A DNA stretch of 64,000 bases, taken from the NCBI GenBank assembly GCA_019038625.1, contig JAHOYU010000078.1:1687-65686 (forward strand), read 5' to 3'. Numbering within the stretch: position 1 is the stretch's first letter; each line of letters begins with the position of its first letter. Below are positions 27,428 to 37,222 of the stretch, in pieces. The notes under the pieces are model-generated. The model searched no databases. It worked only from the letters and a program-made list of their open reading frames with translations, and was not told where the DNA came from. This DNA is from Candidatus Latescibacterota bacterium. Lineage in GTDB: Bacteria; Krumholzibacteriota; Krumholzibacteriia; Krumholzibacteriales; Krumholzibacteriaceae. The translations under genes were made by a program, and so were the position numbers.

Positions 27428-27949
27428 ATGCAGAAAGAAGAACTGAAAAAGAAAATAGCCGAAAAGTTCGGAGAAAAGGTCACAATAGATGAACGTTCGG
27501 AGAAACGTGTATACATCTACGTAGAGAACGATATCTGGGTAGACCTGGCCGATTTCCTGTTCAACGATATGGACATCCGTTTTGATACGGGGGTTGGACT
27601 CGATGACCGGGATGGAGTCGAAATAATGTTTTTCTTCCCTGTCGACAGCGAACATTACTTTGTGACGATCAAGACTTTCCTTAAAAAACCTCATCCGGCA
27701 ATTGAGTCGATCTCGAATATCATACCGGGTGCAAAGTGGATAGAGAGAGAGATCTTCGAGATGTTTGAAGTGAATTTCCTCAATCATCCGGATCTCAGGC
27801 CCGTTCTCAGGTGCGATACGCGTCCCAAGGACTTCTATCCCCATAAGAGGGAAAATAAGGATGACCACGAGACGGCAAGAAGGAAGAACGACGGAGACGA
27901 TAGATTCAACGAAATCTGGGGGAAGCCCTACAAGGGCAAGAATCCCTGA
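27428..27949 (+). CDS. NuoC/MbhK-like subunit
   Basis: WIEREIFEMF..FLNHPDLRP. Confidence 0.85.
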   Translation: MQKEELKKKIAEKFGEKVTIDERSEKRVYIYVENDIWVDLADFLFNDMDIRFDTGVGLDDRDGVEIMFFFPVDSEHYFVTIKTFLKKPHPAIESISNIIPGAKWIEREIFEMFEVNFLNHPDLRPVLRCDTRPKDFYPHKRENKDDHETARRKNDGDDRFNEIWGKPYKGKNP

Positions 27950-27993
27950 GCCAGTTCCGGCATTCAGTGCCGTTTTGATAATGAGGTGAACGA

Positions 27994-29199
27994 ATGGTAA
28001 AAAAGATCCCAATCGGCCCGTTTCATCCGATTCTTGAAGAACCCGAGTTTTTCGAGCTGCATGTCGATGGTGAAAAAGTAGTCGATATTGACATGACGAT
28101 AGGCTGGAGCCACCGTGGGATCGAGATCCTGTCGGAGCACAAGACATGGGATCAGGTCCCGTTTCTGGTGGAGAGGATCTGCGGTATCTGTTCCTGCTCC
28201 CATCCATATGCATACGTGAAGGCTGTAGAGGACCTTTTACAGGTGGAAGTGCCGAAACGCGCTCAGTATGTACGGGTGATAATAGCAGAGTTGGAAAGGC
28301 TTCACAGCCATCTGCTGTGGACAGGCCTTGCCGGCCATTTCATCGGCTATAACACTGTTTTCATGTGGTGCTGGAAATACAGGGAACCTGTTCTCGACAT
28401 CCTCGAGGCCGTAACAGGAAACAGGAACCATTACGCGATGATGCGTATCGGAGGCGTAAGACGGGATATCCCCATGGAGGAGTACGGAAATATCCGAAAG
28501 CTTCTCGATTATGTCTGGGAAAAGAACAACATGCTGACGAACGCGATTCTCGATGATCCGGTAATACACGCGCGGACCAAGAATGTCGGGATCCTGGATA
28601 AGAAGCATTGCAGACTGTATGGAGCTCTTGGACCAACGGCAAGGGCGGGTGGTTATGATGTCGACGCGAGACGGGACCACCCGATCGACGCCTATGGAGA
28701 ACTCGATTTCGACGTGATCGTCTGCAAGAACGGTGATGTGTTCGACAAGGCTGTCGTAAGACAGCTCGAGAACTTCGAATCGATAAAGATCATCCGCCAG
28801 TGTCTCGACAGGCTCGAGGATCTGGGGCCGGGTACGGAAGAGGATCTCTGCCTTGAGATAGGCGAGATTCCTCCGGGAGAAGGTATCGGCACATACGAAG
28901 CGCCGAGAGGAGAGGTTTTTCACTATATACGTTCGAATGGAAAGAATATGCCTATGAGGCACAAGGTGAGAGCCCCGAGCTTCAACAATATTCTGACGAA
29001 CGAACACAGTGTGATTGGAAATTCCGTTGCGGACGCAGGCCTGATAACCGCGGCTGTCGATCCGTGCTATTCATGCACAGAGAGAGTCGGCAGGGTGGAT
29101 GTAGGCACTGGTGACCGTTATATGATGAGCGAGGGAGACCTTATCAGGCTTTCTCAGGAGAAGACAGAACAGATAAGAAAAGAACTGGAAGGTAACTGA
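27994..29199 (+). CDS. Group 4 [NiFe] hydrogenase large subunit (MbhL/HycE-like)
   Basis: Both Ni-binding motifs intact (RICGICSCSH and DPCYSCTER); EAPRGE; C-terminal extension after TER. Confidence 0.95.
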   Translation: MVKKIPIGPFHPILEEPEFFELHVDGEKVVDIDMTIGWSHRGIEILSEHKTWDQVPFLVERICGICSCSHPYAYVKAVEDLLQVEVPKRAQYVRVIIAELERLHSHLLWTGLAGHFIGYNTVFMWCWKYREPVLDILEAVTGNRNHYAMMRIGGVRRDIPMEEYGNIRKLLDYVWEKNNMLTNAILDDPVIHARTKNVGILDKKHCRLYGALGPTARAGGYDVDARRDHPIDAYGELDFDVIVCKNGDVFDKAVVRQLENFESIKIIRQCLDRLEDLGPGTEEDLCLEIGEIPPGEGIGTYEAPRGEVFHYIRSNGKNMPMRHKVRAPSFNNILTNEHSVIGNSVADAGLITAAVDPCYSCTERVGRVDVGTGDRYMMSEGDLIRLSQEKTEQIRKELEGN

Positions 29200-29233
29200 G
29201 GCCGAATAACAGGACGGTTCCGGAGAAAAAAAC

Positions 29234-31111
29234 ATGAATGATCTTCTGTATATTATTATCGTTGCGGCAGTAGCTGGCATTATTCCTCTCCTGGTCCCAA
29301 GGAAGGGCAGCATCGTCGCCGGGATAACAAGCCTGATAGCAGCCGTCTGGATCTTTATCCGTTCGATGCAGCTTTTCAACGCCGGTGAGATCGCATGGAG
29401 TGTCCCTCTGTTCAACCTTGGAGGAGAGATACCGTTCGAGTTCGCGCTGAGGCTGACAGGGTTCAGTTCATTCGTCCTGTTGTTTATCAGCCTCTTCGGA
29501 GTGCTTATCATCCTGTATTCTCTCGGGTATATGAGAGGCAAGGGTCAGGCTTCGATCTATTATTCGTATCTTATGTGGACCCTTGCTGCCGCGGCAGGAG
29601 TGGTCATGGCAGACAACCTGCTTATTCTTCTCGTATTCTGGGAGATTCTGACGGCGATCCTTTTCTTCCTGATAAACATGGGTGGAGAAGGACACGAGAA
29701 GGCTGCGGCGAAGACTTTCACGATACTTGGATTCACCGATGCTACGATGCTTCTCGGAATCATACTCATATGGACGACCTTCGGAACGATATCGATCTCC
29801 GAACTGGCGGCGAATCCGATAGTACCTTCGTCCCCGGTCACAATAATCGCTTTCATATGTCTGTTTATCGGCGCTATCGCCAAGGCCGGCGGGATGCCTT
29901 TTCACAGCTGGATACCTGCTATCGCCAAGCCGACCCACGCTTCGGTCATCGCCTTCCTTCCAGCATCGCTTGACAAGCTTCTTGGCATATATCTGCTGGG
30001 ATTGCTGACTCTGAGGATATTTGCCATCGAACCAGGCGGGCCTCTTTCGATGATGATGATGATAGTCGGCGCGGTTACGATAGTCTTTGCCGTTCTGATG
30101 GCACTCATTCAGAAAAACGTCAAAAAACTTCTTTCCTTTAACGCCATCAGCCAGGTTGGATACATGGTGCTCGGAGTAGGAAGCGGAATCCCCGTCGCCA
30201 TCGCGGGTGGACTCTTTCATATGGTCAACCACGCGATATACAAGAGCGGACTCTTTCTCGGTGCCGGTGCTGTGGAGAAAATGACTGGAACGACTGAGCT
30301 CGAAGATCTCGGAGGACTGGCGAGGTTGATGCCAGTGACGTTCATTACGATGTTAATAGCGGGACTCACTATGTCTGGCGTTCCGCCATTCAGCGGGTTC
30401 GTTTCCAAATGGCTCCTTTACCAGGGGATGCTCGAAGGAAAATACATGATTTTCCTCATAGTGGCGATCTTCGGCAGCGCCCTGACGATGGCTTCGTTCA
30501 TAGGAGTTTTCCACGCTATCTTCCTCGGCCGCAGGCCCGAGAAATTCGATAATGTTCGTGAAGTCGACTTCTCCATGCAGCTTCCGATGATTTTCATAGC
30601 AATTCTCTGTATCGGGTTTGGAATATTCGCCAGCTATCCGCTGCAGAATTTCATTCTTCCTGTAGTAAGCGATGCGAGCGGGATCTCGATGTCCGGTTTT
30701 GAAGTGATCACTGAGAACACGAATGGATTCTGGAGCCCGACGAGCGCTACGATCCTTATGGTGGTAGGGCTGGTAGTAGGACTGATAATCTTTGCCTTCG
30801 GACGCATCAAAAAGAACCTGAGATATGACGATAATACGTGGACAGGGGGAAACATCCTCGAGAATGAAGAGATAAGGATCCCCGGCACACATTTCTATAA
30901 AACAGTGACAGATGAACTGAACCCGGTTGCGACCGGAGCATTCAACGATGGAGAGAAAGGCGCCTATGATCTGTACAATATCTTTGGCCGCCTTGGAGAT
31001 CTCGTTGTTCAGTTCCTGAGGTCCATGCATGACGGGATCCTGTCCACCTATCTTTCGTGGGCCGTGATAGGTCTCGGTGTACTTGCATTCATACTAATGT
31101 TCCGTTGGTAA
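29234..31111 (+). CDS. NuoL/MrpA-like antiporter subunit with C-terminal lateral-helix region
   Basis: FWE, PFHSW, SQVGY, HAIYKSGLFL, GVPPFSGF.SK, HDGILSTY. Confidence 0.88.
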   Translation: MNDLLYIIIVAAVAGIIPLLVPRKGSIVAGITSLIAAVWIFIRSMQLFNAGEIAWSVPLFNLGGEIPFEFALRLTGFSSFVLLFISLFGVLIILYSLGYMRGKGQASIYYSYLMWTLAAAAGVVMADNLLILLVFWEILTAILFFLINMGGEGHEKAAAKTFTILGFTDATMLLGIILIWTTFGTISISELAANPIVPSSPVTIIAFICLFIGAIAKAGGMPFHSWIPAIAKPTHASVIAFLPASLDKLLGIYLLGLLTLRIFAIEPGGPLSMMMMIVGAVTIVFAVLMALIQKNVKKLLSFNAISQVGYMVLGVGSGIPVAIAGGLFHMVNHAIYKSGLFLGAGAVEKMTGTTELEDLGGLARLMPVTFITMLIAGLTMSGVPPFSGFVSKWLLYQGMLEGKYMIFLIVAIFGSALTMASFIGVFHAIFLGRRPEKFDNVREVDFSMQLPMIFIAILCIGFGIFASYPLQNFILPVVSDASGISMSGFEVITENTNGFWSPTSATILMVVGLVVGLIIFAFGRIKKNLRYDDNTWTGGNILENEEIRIPGTHFYKTVTDELNPVATGAFNDGEKGAYDLYNIFGRLGDLVVQFLRSMHDGILSTYLSWAVIGLGVLAFILMFRW

Positions 31112-31136
31112 GAGCGGGTAAGGGAAAGGCAGAAGA

Positions 31137-31733
31137 ATGGAGATTTTTCTCCTCGTATTGACGATATTCATGATTGTTGGATCGATCGTGGCGATAGAAT
31201 CAAAGAACCTTCTTTCGTCGGTGATCTCTGTCGGTATAGTCGGCTTCAGTCTCGGGATCATTTTTCTTATGCTGGGGGCTCCCGATATTGCGATCACACA
31301 GGTCGTAGTAGAGATACTGATACTCGTTATCCTGATCAGAGCGACGATCACAACTGACAATACTGCTATCGAAAAGCACAAGGACACCTTTCCTGTCGTT
31401 GTCAGCCTGATCTTTTTCGGGCTGTTCCTGATCTTCGCCTATTTTGCGGTTCAGGAACTTCCGCAGTTCGGAGATCCTCTTCCCAGAGAAGCGGCAGCTC
31501 ACTATCTCGAAAATGGCGCAGAAGAGACGGGCGCTATGAATATTGTTACAGCCGTGCTTCTCGATTACAGGGCCTATGATACCATGGGGGAAGCGACCGT
31601 ACTTTTTGCTTCTATCGTAGGTTCATTTGTCATCCTGAGAAGACGCGGGAGAAAACATCGGAAGGAAGAAGATACTGAAAAGGTCGGGATCCTCGAAGAT
31701 GAGGATATCAAAAAGAACTTCGAGGGATTCTAG
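31137..31733 (+). CDS. MbhD/MbhE-like fusion (MrpA C-terminal/MrpB-related)
   Basis: APDIAITQ; NIVTAVLLDYRAYDTMGE. Confidence 0.85.
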   Translation: MEIFLLVLTIFMIVGSIVAIESKNLLSSVISVGIVGFSLGIIFLMLGAPDIAITQVVVEILILVILIRATITTDNTAIEKHKDTFPVVVSLIFFGLFLIFAYFAVQELPQFGDPLPREAAAHYLENGAEETGAMNIVTAVLLDYRAYDTMGEATVLFASIVGSFVILRRRGRKHRKEEDTEKVGILEDEDIKKNFEGF

Positions 31734-31743
31734 AGGGAGCGCT

Positions 31744-32244
31744 ATGGATAAGATGGATAAATACATAAAGGACAGCAAGAGCGGGATGACTCCTATAGTC
31801 AAGACGGTAGTGCGTTTTGTCATGGGTATCATCTTTATCTTCGGCGCCTATGTCGTTCTTTACGGCCATCTCACCCCGGGCGGAGGCTTCGCTGGCGGAG
31901 TGATACTTGCCTGTGGATTCATAATCCTTACTCTCGCTTTCGGTAAGGGGCTCGGACTTTCGAAGCTGAGCGATACCTGGGCGTCCATTCTTGATAATTC
32001 CGCTGCCCTGTTATTTCTCACGATCGGTTTTATAGGTTTTTCCGGGGGTTACTTTTTTACGAACGTACTTGGAAAGGGCAAGGAGTTTGCTCTTTTCAGC
32101 GCGGGAACCATACCCCTTTGCAATATAGCTATCGGATTGAAGGTCACAGCGTCCGTATTCGCGGTATTTCTTACGCTTTCGATCTTCGGACGGTTTATTT
32201 CAAAACTTGTTGATGATTATGAAGATGATACTGAAAAGGAGTAA
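31744..32244 (+). CDS. MrpB/MbhF-like subunit
   Basis: GHLTPGGGFAGG, NIAIGLKV. Confidence 0.88.
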   Translation: MDKMDKYIKDSKSGMTPIVKTVVRFVMGIIFIFGAYVVLYGHLTPGGGFAGGVILACGFIILTLAFGKGLGLSKLSDTWASILDNSAALLFLTIGFIGFSGGYFFTNVLGKGKEFALFSAGTIPLCNIAIGLKVTASVFAVFLTLSIFGRFISKLVDDYEDDTEKE

Positions 32245-32250
32245 GGCCTG

Positions 32251-32601
32251 ATGATCCTGTACTTTCTGACGCTGGTGCTTTTCGTGATGGGACTTTACTG
32301 TCTCGTGGCGAAAAAGAATATCATAAAGAAGATCATCGGGATCGTCATCACCGAGTATTCCATCAACCTTTTCCTGGTGCTTGTCGGCTGGCGTAAAGGC
32401 GGGATAGCTCCGATCCTTCTTAAGGGTATGCAGAAGAGTGAGATCGTGGAGAAAGGCGTAGATCCATTACCCCAGGCGCTGGTACTGACTTCGATCGTGA
32501 TCGGGCTCGGTGTACTGGCTCTGATGGTGTCGATCTGCCTGAGACTTTACGAAAAATACAAGACATTCGATATGTCCGAGATTAACAGGCTTCGAGGATA
32601 G
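32251..32601 (+). CDS. MrpC/MbhG-like subunit
   Basis: DPLPQALVLTSIVIG. Confidence 0.92.
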   Translation: MILYFLTLVLFVMGLYCLVAKKNIIKKIIGIVITEYSINLFLVLVGWRKGGIAPILLKGMQKSEIVEKGVDPLPQALVLTSIVIGLGVLALMVSICLRLYEKYKTFDMSEINRLRG

Positions 32602-32620
32602 CGTACAAGCAGGAGTACAA

Positions 32621-34120
32621 ATGCAGGCATATTTTCCATTATTTACAGCGATTCCACTGGCCATGGCCTTCATCAATCTGCTGGTCACAAAGGTCAACAA
32701 GAAGGTAACTGATTTTCTTGCATTCCTGGCGATGATCAGCCTGGCCTCAATGGCTATCATGATGCTTTTCGAGTCTCCTTTCTCTTATCAGTTGGGCGGG
32801 TGGGCGCCACCCATCGGTATCCTGCTGGTATCGGATGGCCTCAGCTCGGTGATGCTGGTCATCATCAATGTTATTGGCCTGCTGTCCATGATCTACTCGA
32901 TGAAGTACATGACCACATATACGGCCAAGCCGAAGTTCTACACACTGTTCCTTCTGATGATCGCAGGGATGAACGGCGTAGTCATAACTGGAGACATGTT
33001 CAACTTGTATGTCTTCCTTGAGATCGCGTCGATCGCCTCGTACGCTCTCGTAGGATTTGGCTGCGAGAAAAATGAACTCGAGGCCTCGTTCAAGTACCTG
33101 ATCCTGGGTGGAGTGGCCAGCACGGTTGTACTCTTTGGAATAGCCTTCCTCTATTCGATGACTGGAACTCTCAACATGCCGGATCTCGCGGTCAAGATTC
33201 CAGAGATCGGACACAACCACGCGATGGGATTCGTAATGGCTCTGTTCATCATGGGATTCGGGCTCAAGGCGTCGTCTGTTCCGTTCCATGCCTGGTTGCC
33301 AGACGCGCATCCGAGCGCGCCAGCTCCCATATCCGCCATGCTCTCAGGCGTACTTATCAAGGCTCTTGGCATCTATTCGATCGCAAGGATCATGTTCAAC
33401 ATATTCGGTTCAGACACTATGGTCTCTTCGATACTCATGTTCCTGGGAGCGCTTTCGATGCTTGTCGGCGTCTTCCTCGCTGTCGGACAGCATGATTTTA
33501 AAAGAATGCTGGCGTATCACTCGATAAGCCAGATGGGATATGTGATGATGGGGCTCGGTCTTGGTCTCAATCCGAACGTACCCCCGGCGCTCGCGGCGCT
33601 GGCGTTATTCGGCGGGCTCTTTCATATGGTCAACCACGCTGTTTTCAAGTCCTGCCTCTTTCTCTGTGCCGGTTCTTTCGAATACCGGACGGGGACGAAA
33701 GACAAAACAGAAATGGGTGGGCTTATCAGGCGTATGCCTTTCACATCTGCTACCTGCTCGATAGCCTCGTTATCGATTTCAGGTGTGCCGCCATTTAACG
33801 GATTCTGGAGCAAGCTGATCATCATCGTTGCGTTCATGAAAGCCGGATATACGATATATGGTATTCTGGCGATCCTGGTCGCCTTTATGACGATGATCTC
33901 TTTCATCAGATTACAAATGAATGTTATTTTCGGAAAGCTTCCGGAGAAGTTCGAGAAAATCAAAGAAGCTCCCTTCGCGATGGTACTACCATTGGTCATT
34001 CTGGCAATTCTGTGCCTTGCGCTAGGTATCTTCTATCCGTTGGTCGATCAGAACCTGATCGAAGCTGCGAAAGACGCGTTACTGGACAAGGCGCAATATA
34101 TAAGTTTTCTGGGCAGGTAA
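32621..34120 (+). CDS. MrpD/MbhH-like antiporter subunit
   Basis: GGWAPPIGI, DMFNLYVFLE, WLPDAHPSAPAPISA. Confidence 0.92.
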   Translation: MQAYFPLFTAIPLAMAFINLLVTKVNKKVTDFLAFLAMISLASMAIMMLFESPFSYQLGGWAPPIGILLVSDGLSSVMLVIINVIGLLSMIYSMKYMTTYTAKPKFYTLFLLMIAGMNGVVITGDMFNLYVFLEIASIASYALVGFGCEKNELEASFKYLILGGVASTVVLFGIAFLYSMTGTLNMPDLAVKIPEIGHNHAMGFVMALFIMGFGLKASSVPFHAWLPDAHPSAPAPISAMLSGVLIKALGIYSIARIMFNIFGSDTMVSSILMFLGALSMLVGVFLAVGQHDFKRMLAYHSISQMGYVMMGLGLGLNPNVPPALAALALFGGLFHMVNHAVFKSCLFLCAGSFEYRTGTKDKTEMGGLIRRMPFTSATCSIASLSISGVPPFNGFWSKLIIIVAFMKAGYTIYGILAILVAFMTMISFIRLQMNVIFGKLPEKFEKIKEAPFAMVLPLVILAILCLALGIFYPLVDQNLIEAAKDALLDKAQYISFLGR

Positions 34121-34137
34121 ATGAAAAAGGGTAATCG

Positions 34138-34623
34138 ATGAAACGATTCTTACATTTTCTGATTCTACTGGGCATCTGGATGCTTTTGACGTGGTCCGTC
34201 GCCTGGCAGGAAGTTCTGGTCGGTGTCGTTGTCGCGCTTATAGCGGAACTGCTGCTTGGAGATATCTTTCCAATAGGAGCGATCAAGCTCTTCAACCCGA
34301 TCAGGCTCTACTGGATGATAGTCTATGCTGTCGTATTTTTAGGTTATGTCATACGGGCGAACTTCGATGTTGCCTACCGGGTCCTGAATCTCTACATGCC
34401 GATCCGCCCCGGGATCGTCAAGGTCAAGATGAGGTTGAAGAGTGATATGGCGAGGACGTTCCTTGCGAATTCTATCACGCTGACACCCGGAACGCTGACG
34501 GTGGATTGTGTCGGTGAAAACCTGTACGTTCACTGGATAAACATTACTTCCGACGATCCGGAGAAGGAAACGGAGATCATCGTATCCCGTTTCGAAAATC
34601 TGTTAGAAAGGATATTTGAGTGA
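34138..34623 (+). CDS. MrpE/MbhA-like subunit
   Basis: ANSITLTPGTLT, LYVHWI. Confidence 0.92.
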   Translation: MKRFLHFLILLGIWMLLTWSVAWQEVLVGVVVALIAELLLGDIFPIGAIKLFNPIRLYWMIVYAVVFLGYVIRANFDVAYRVLNLYMPIRPGIVKVKMRLKSDMARTFLANSITLTPGTLTVDCVGENLYVHWINITSDDPEKETEIIVSRFENLLERIFE

Positions 34624-34874
34624 GTGTCTTTATCGCGCTGTTGATTCTCTGCATTTTCCTCTGCCTGTACAGGGTAGGGAAGGGGCCTACAGCACCCGAC
34701 AGGACGGTGGCGATTGATATTCTTGGAACCCTCGTAGTCGGTTTCTGCGCGATATACTCGATCATCACCAAGAAAGACCTGTATATGAATATCGGAATAT
34801 CCTGGGCTCTTCTGAGTTTCATCGGAACGCTTGCCCTGTCAAAATACCTTGAGGGGAGGGGTTTCGATGAATGA
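34620..34874 (+). CDS. MrpF/MbhB-like subunit
   Basis: GPTAPDRTVAID, FIGTLA. Confidence 0.9.
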   Translation: MSVFIALLILCIFLCLYRVGKGPTAPDRTVAIDILGTLVVGFCAIYSIITKKDLYMNIGISWALLSFIGTLALSKYLEGRGFDE

Positions 34875-35211
34875 GACGATAGGCCTGATATTTCTTATCA
34901 TCGGTATCACTTTTGACGTAATCGGTTGTATCGGCCTGGTAAGGCTACCCGATGTATATAACCGCCTCCAGGCGGCCACTAAATGCGTCACTCTGGGAAC
35001 GAGCATGATATTACTGGCGGTAGTCTTTTATACCGGCATAAACTCGATCGGTGTAAAAGCCCTGCTCTGTATCTGGTTCGTCCTGATAACTTCTCCAACG
35101 GGAGCTCATGCCATAGCGAGAGCTGCTCACAAGTCAGGTGTCCGGTTATGGAAGGGCAGCGTAATGGATAAATATGCTGAGGACAATGAAGGTGCCGACA
35201 GCTCCTCCTGA
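34867..35211 (+). CDS. MrpG/MbhC-like subunit
   Basis: RLPDVYNRLQAATK, SPTGAHAIARA. Confidence 0.9.
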   Translation: MNETIGLIFLIIGITFDVIGCIGLVRLPDVYNRLQAATKCVTLGTSMILLAVVFYTGINSIGVKALLCIWFVLITSPTGAHAIARAAHKSGVRLWKGSVMDKYAEDNEGADSSS

Positions 35212-35250
35212 CACGGGAGGCTTTAACTGTAGCGGGGGTTGGTAGATATA

Positions 35251-35877
35251 ATGCGTTATCCAAAACTGAGAGAACTCAAGGAAGCTATCACAGCCCTGAT
35301 CAAGGGGCCGTACACATCGAAGTTCCCCAAGGTACCCGCGACGGTTCCTGAACATTTCCGTGGTACACCGACCTATGTGCCTGACGAATGTGTCGGTTGC
35401 GGTTCGTGCGCCCAGGTATGCCCGGCCGGGGCCATAGAGATCGTTGATGAATACAGGGAAGATGAAGGGAAGATGGTACGCAGGATCGAGAGAAATTGGG
35501 GCAACTGCATATTCTGCAGCCAGTGCTATGAGTACTGCATCACAAACAAGGGAATCGAGCTCGACCCTGATTTCGAGAAATCATGCTTTGATATGGCTGA
35601 TGCGATCAACACGCATGACAAGGAACTGCTCTTCTGCGAGCATTGCAGTACCCCTATCACGGCAAAAGACCATATTAAGTGGATCGGCAAAAAGCTTGGA
35701 GAGCTTTCGTTCGCGAACCCGACCCTTACAGTATACAAATATGGAGAATTAAAATTGGTGGAAGAGGGAACCGGGGACAATCCTCGGAAAAATCTCGAAA
35801 GAGATAATTTCATCAGGGTCCTCTGCCCGAACTGCCGTGCCGCTTATATCCTTTCGGATGAGTGGGGGACAAGCTGA
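35251..35877 (+). CDS. NuoI/MbhN-like 2[4Fe-4S] subunit with C-terminal CxxC..CxxC extension
   Basis: FRG, CVGCGSCAQVCP, CIFCSQCYEYC, CEHC..CPNC. Confidence 0.88.
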   Translation: MRYPKLRELKEAITALIKGPYTSKFPKVPATVPEHFRGTPTYVPDECVGCGSCAQVCPAGAIEIVDEYREDEGKMVRRIERNWGNCIFCSQCYEYCITNKGIELDPDFEKSCFDMADAINTHDKELLFCEHCSTPITAKDHIKWIGKKLGELSFANPTLTVYKYGELKLVEEGTGDNPRKNLERDNFIRVLCPNCRAAYILSDEWGTS

Positions 35878-35900
35878 CCCGGATGGGATCTTGCGAATTC

Positions 35901-35930
35901 AGGCCTCCCTCTTCGGGGGCCTTTTTTTTT
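35901..35930 (+). terminator. Rho-independent terminator of the hydrogenase operon
   Basis: AGGCCTCC-loop-GGGGGCCT followed by a T-run. Confidence 0.8.
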
Positions 35931-36028
35931 GATCTTGTAAATGAGAGGGAATGGCACTTCATTAATCAGGACGGCAGGTGATGAGAGTTCCCTGCCAGGG
36001 GAATCGTACCCGGGAGGTGCTTGGATAT

Positions 36029-36517
36029 ATGGAGAAGTTGAGGGAAAAATTGCTGGCACGCCTTGAAGGCAAGCGTTTCGGCGTAGTCGGTATAGGCAAT
36101 GTGATCAAGGGAGATGATGGCGCCGGCTGTGTAGTCGTAGAGGGTCTTCAGGGGAAGATAGACCTCCCGATCGTCGATTGCGCCGAGGTCCCTGAAAATT
36201 ACGGGGGATGGGTAGAGAGGCAGGATCTTGACAGTGCTATATACATCGATGCTGTTGATTTCGGAGGAGAACCGGGGGAAGTGAGGATAATTCCTCTGGA
36301 AAAGATGATGGTGACAGCGAGCAGTACGCATACCCTGTCTCTGCATTATATGATCATCTATCTGAGAGATGAGTGGAAGGGCGATCCGATCATGATCGGG
36401 ATCCAGCCGAAAGAGATGAGGATCGGAGACGGGCTCAGTGATGAGGTGAGCGCCGGGGTGAAGAAATTGACCGATATTCTGATCGAGGCAGCTCTGACTG
36501 ACAAGCAGGATAGATAA
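36029..36517 (+). CDS. hycI: Hydrogenase maturation protease (HycI-like)
   Basis: GIGNVIKGDDGAG, PEN, IDAVDFG, STHTLSL, GIQP; RBS GGAGG. Confidence 0.9.
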   Translation: MEKLREKLLARLEGKRFGVVGIGNVIKGDDGAGCVVVEGLQGKIDLPIVDCAEVPENYGGWVERQDLDSAIYIDAVDFGGEPGEVRIIPLEKMMVTASSTHTLSLHYMIIYLRDEWKGDPIMIGIQPKEMRIGDGLSDEVSAGVKKLTDILIEAALTDKQDR

Positions 36518-36544
36518 AAAACTGAACAGGCTCGCAATTTCTGG

Positions 36545-36583
36545 AAAAACCCGTGGAGAACAGTCTCCGCGGGTTTCTTTTTT
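36545..36583. terminator. Bidirectional terminator between hycI and iorB
   Basis: AAACCCGTGGAGA-ACAG-TCTCCGCGGGTTT with flanking A- and T-runs. Confidence 0.75.
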
Positions 36584-36611
36584 CCTGGGTCCCTGGTTTT
36601 GAAGGCCGACT

Positions 36612-37193
36612 CTATTTTACTTCCCTGCCCGCCATGAATGCCTTCTTGTTCAATTCACCGGTCCCCTTGGGAGCCATACGCTCGATGACCTTCAGCCAGG
36701 TCTCCTCCTCTATCTCAAGAGAGAGAGAAAGAACACCCAGAAGGATCGTGTTGACCAGGCGCGAATTGCCGAGGTCCATAGCGATCTGATATGCATCAAC
36801 TACGATAGCTCCTGGAACGAGAGTTTTTATCTTATCGACGACCTTTTCGGGATAGAAGAACTTGCCGGTCGTTGTGATCGTCGGGATGATCTTCTGCTCG
36901 TTGATGATGATATTGCCATCAGGATGAAGATCGCCAACCCAGCGAAGAGCTTCGGCCAGCTCGAAAGCCAGGATAACGTTGGCCTCCCGTGAGGGGATAA
37001 GTGGAGACATCACCTCTTCGCCGAATCTGATGTGGCTTGTCACTATCCCACCCCTCTGGGACATCCCATGCACTTCACTCTTTTTCGCGTCCAGCCCGCT
37101 TTCTTTTGCTACTTCGGTGAGGATCTCGCTGGCCAGAAGTACCCCCTGCCCTCCGACTCCGACGATCAGAACATTTGTAGTGCCGTTTTTCAT
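36612..37193 (-). CDS. iorB: Indolepyruvate:ferredoxin oxidoreductase beta subunit
   Basis: GVGGQG, SEVHGMSQRGG, NKKAF. Confidence 0.93.
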   Translation of the reverse strand: MKNGTTNVLIVGVGGQGVLLASEILTEVAKESGLDAKKSEVHGMSQRGGIVTSHIRFGEEVMSPLIPSREANVILAFELAEALRWVGDLHPDGNIIINEQKIIPTITTTGKFFYPEKVVDKIKTLVPGAIVVDAYQIAMDLGNSRLVNTILLGVLSLSLEIEEETWLKVIERMAPKGTGELNKKAFMAGREVK

Positions 37194-37222
37194 ATCTCGG
37201 GTCCTTTCTATTTCAGTCCTGA

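Noticed and set aside
26026..35877. Complex I or Mbs/Mbx (non-hydrogenase)
   Set aside because: Both CxxC Ni-binding motifs, a cleavable C-terminal extension and an adjacent maturation protease indicate a true hydrogenase
1..36517. Selenocysteine recoding in HdrA, MvhD, FDH-like or hydrogenase genes
   Set aside because: All relevant positions are Cys codons in uninterrupted ORFs; TGA stops fall at natural C-termini or ATGA overlaps
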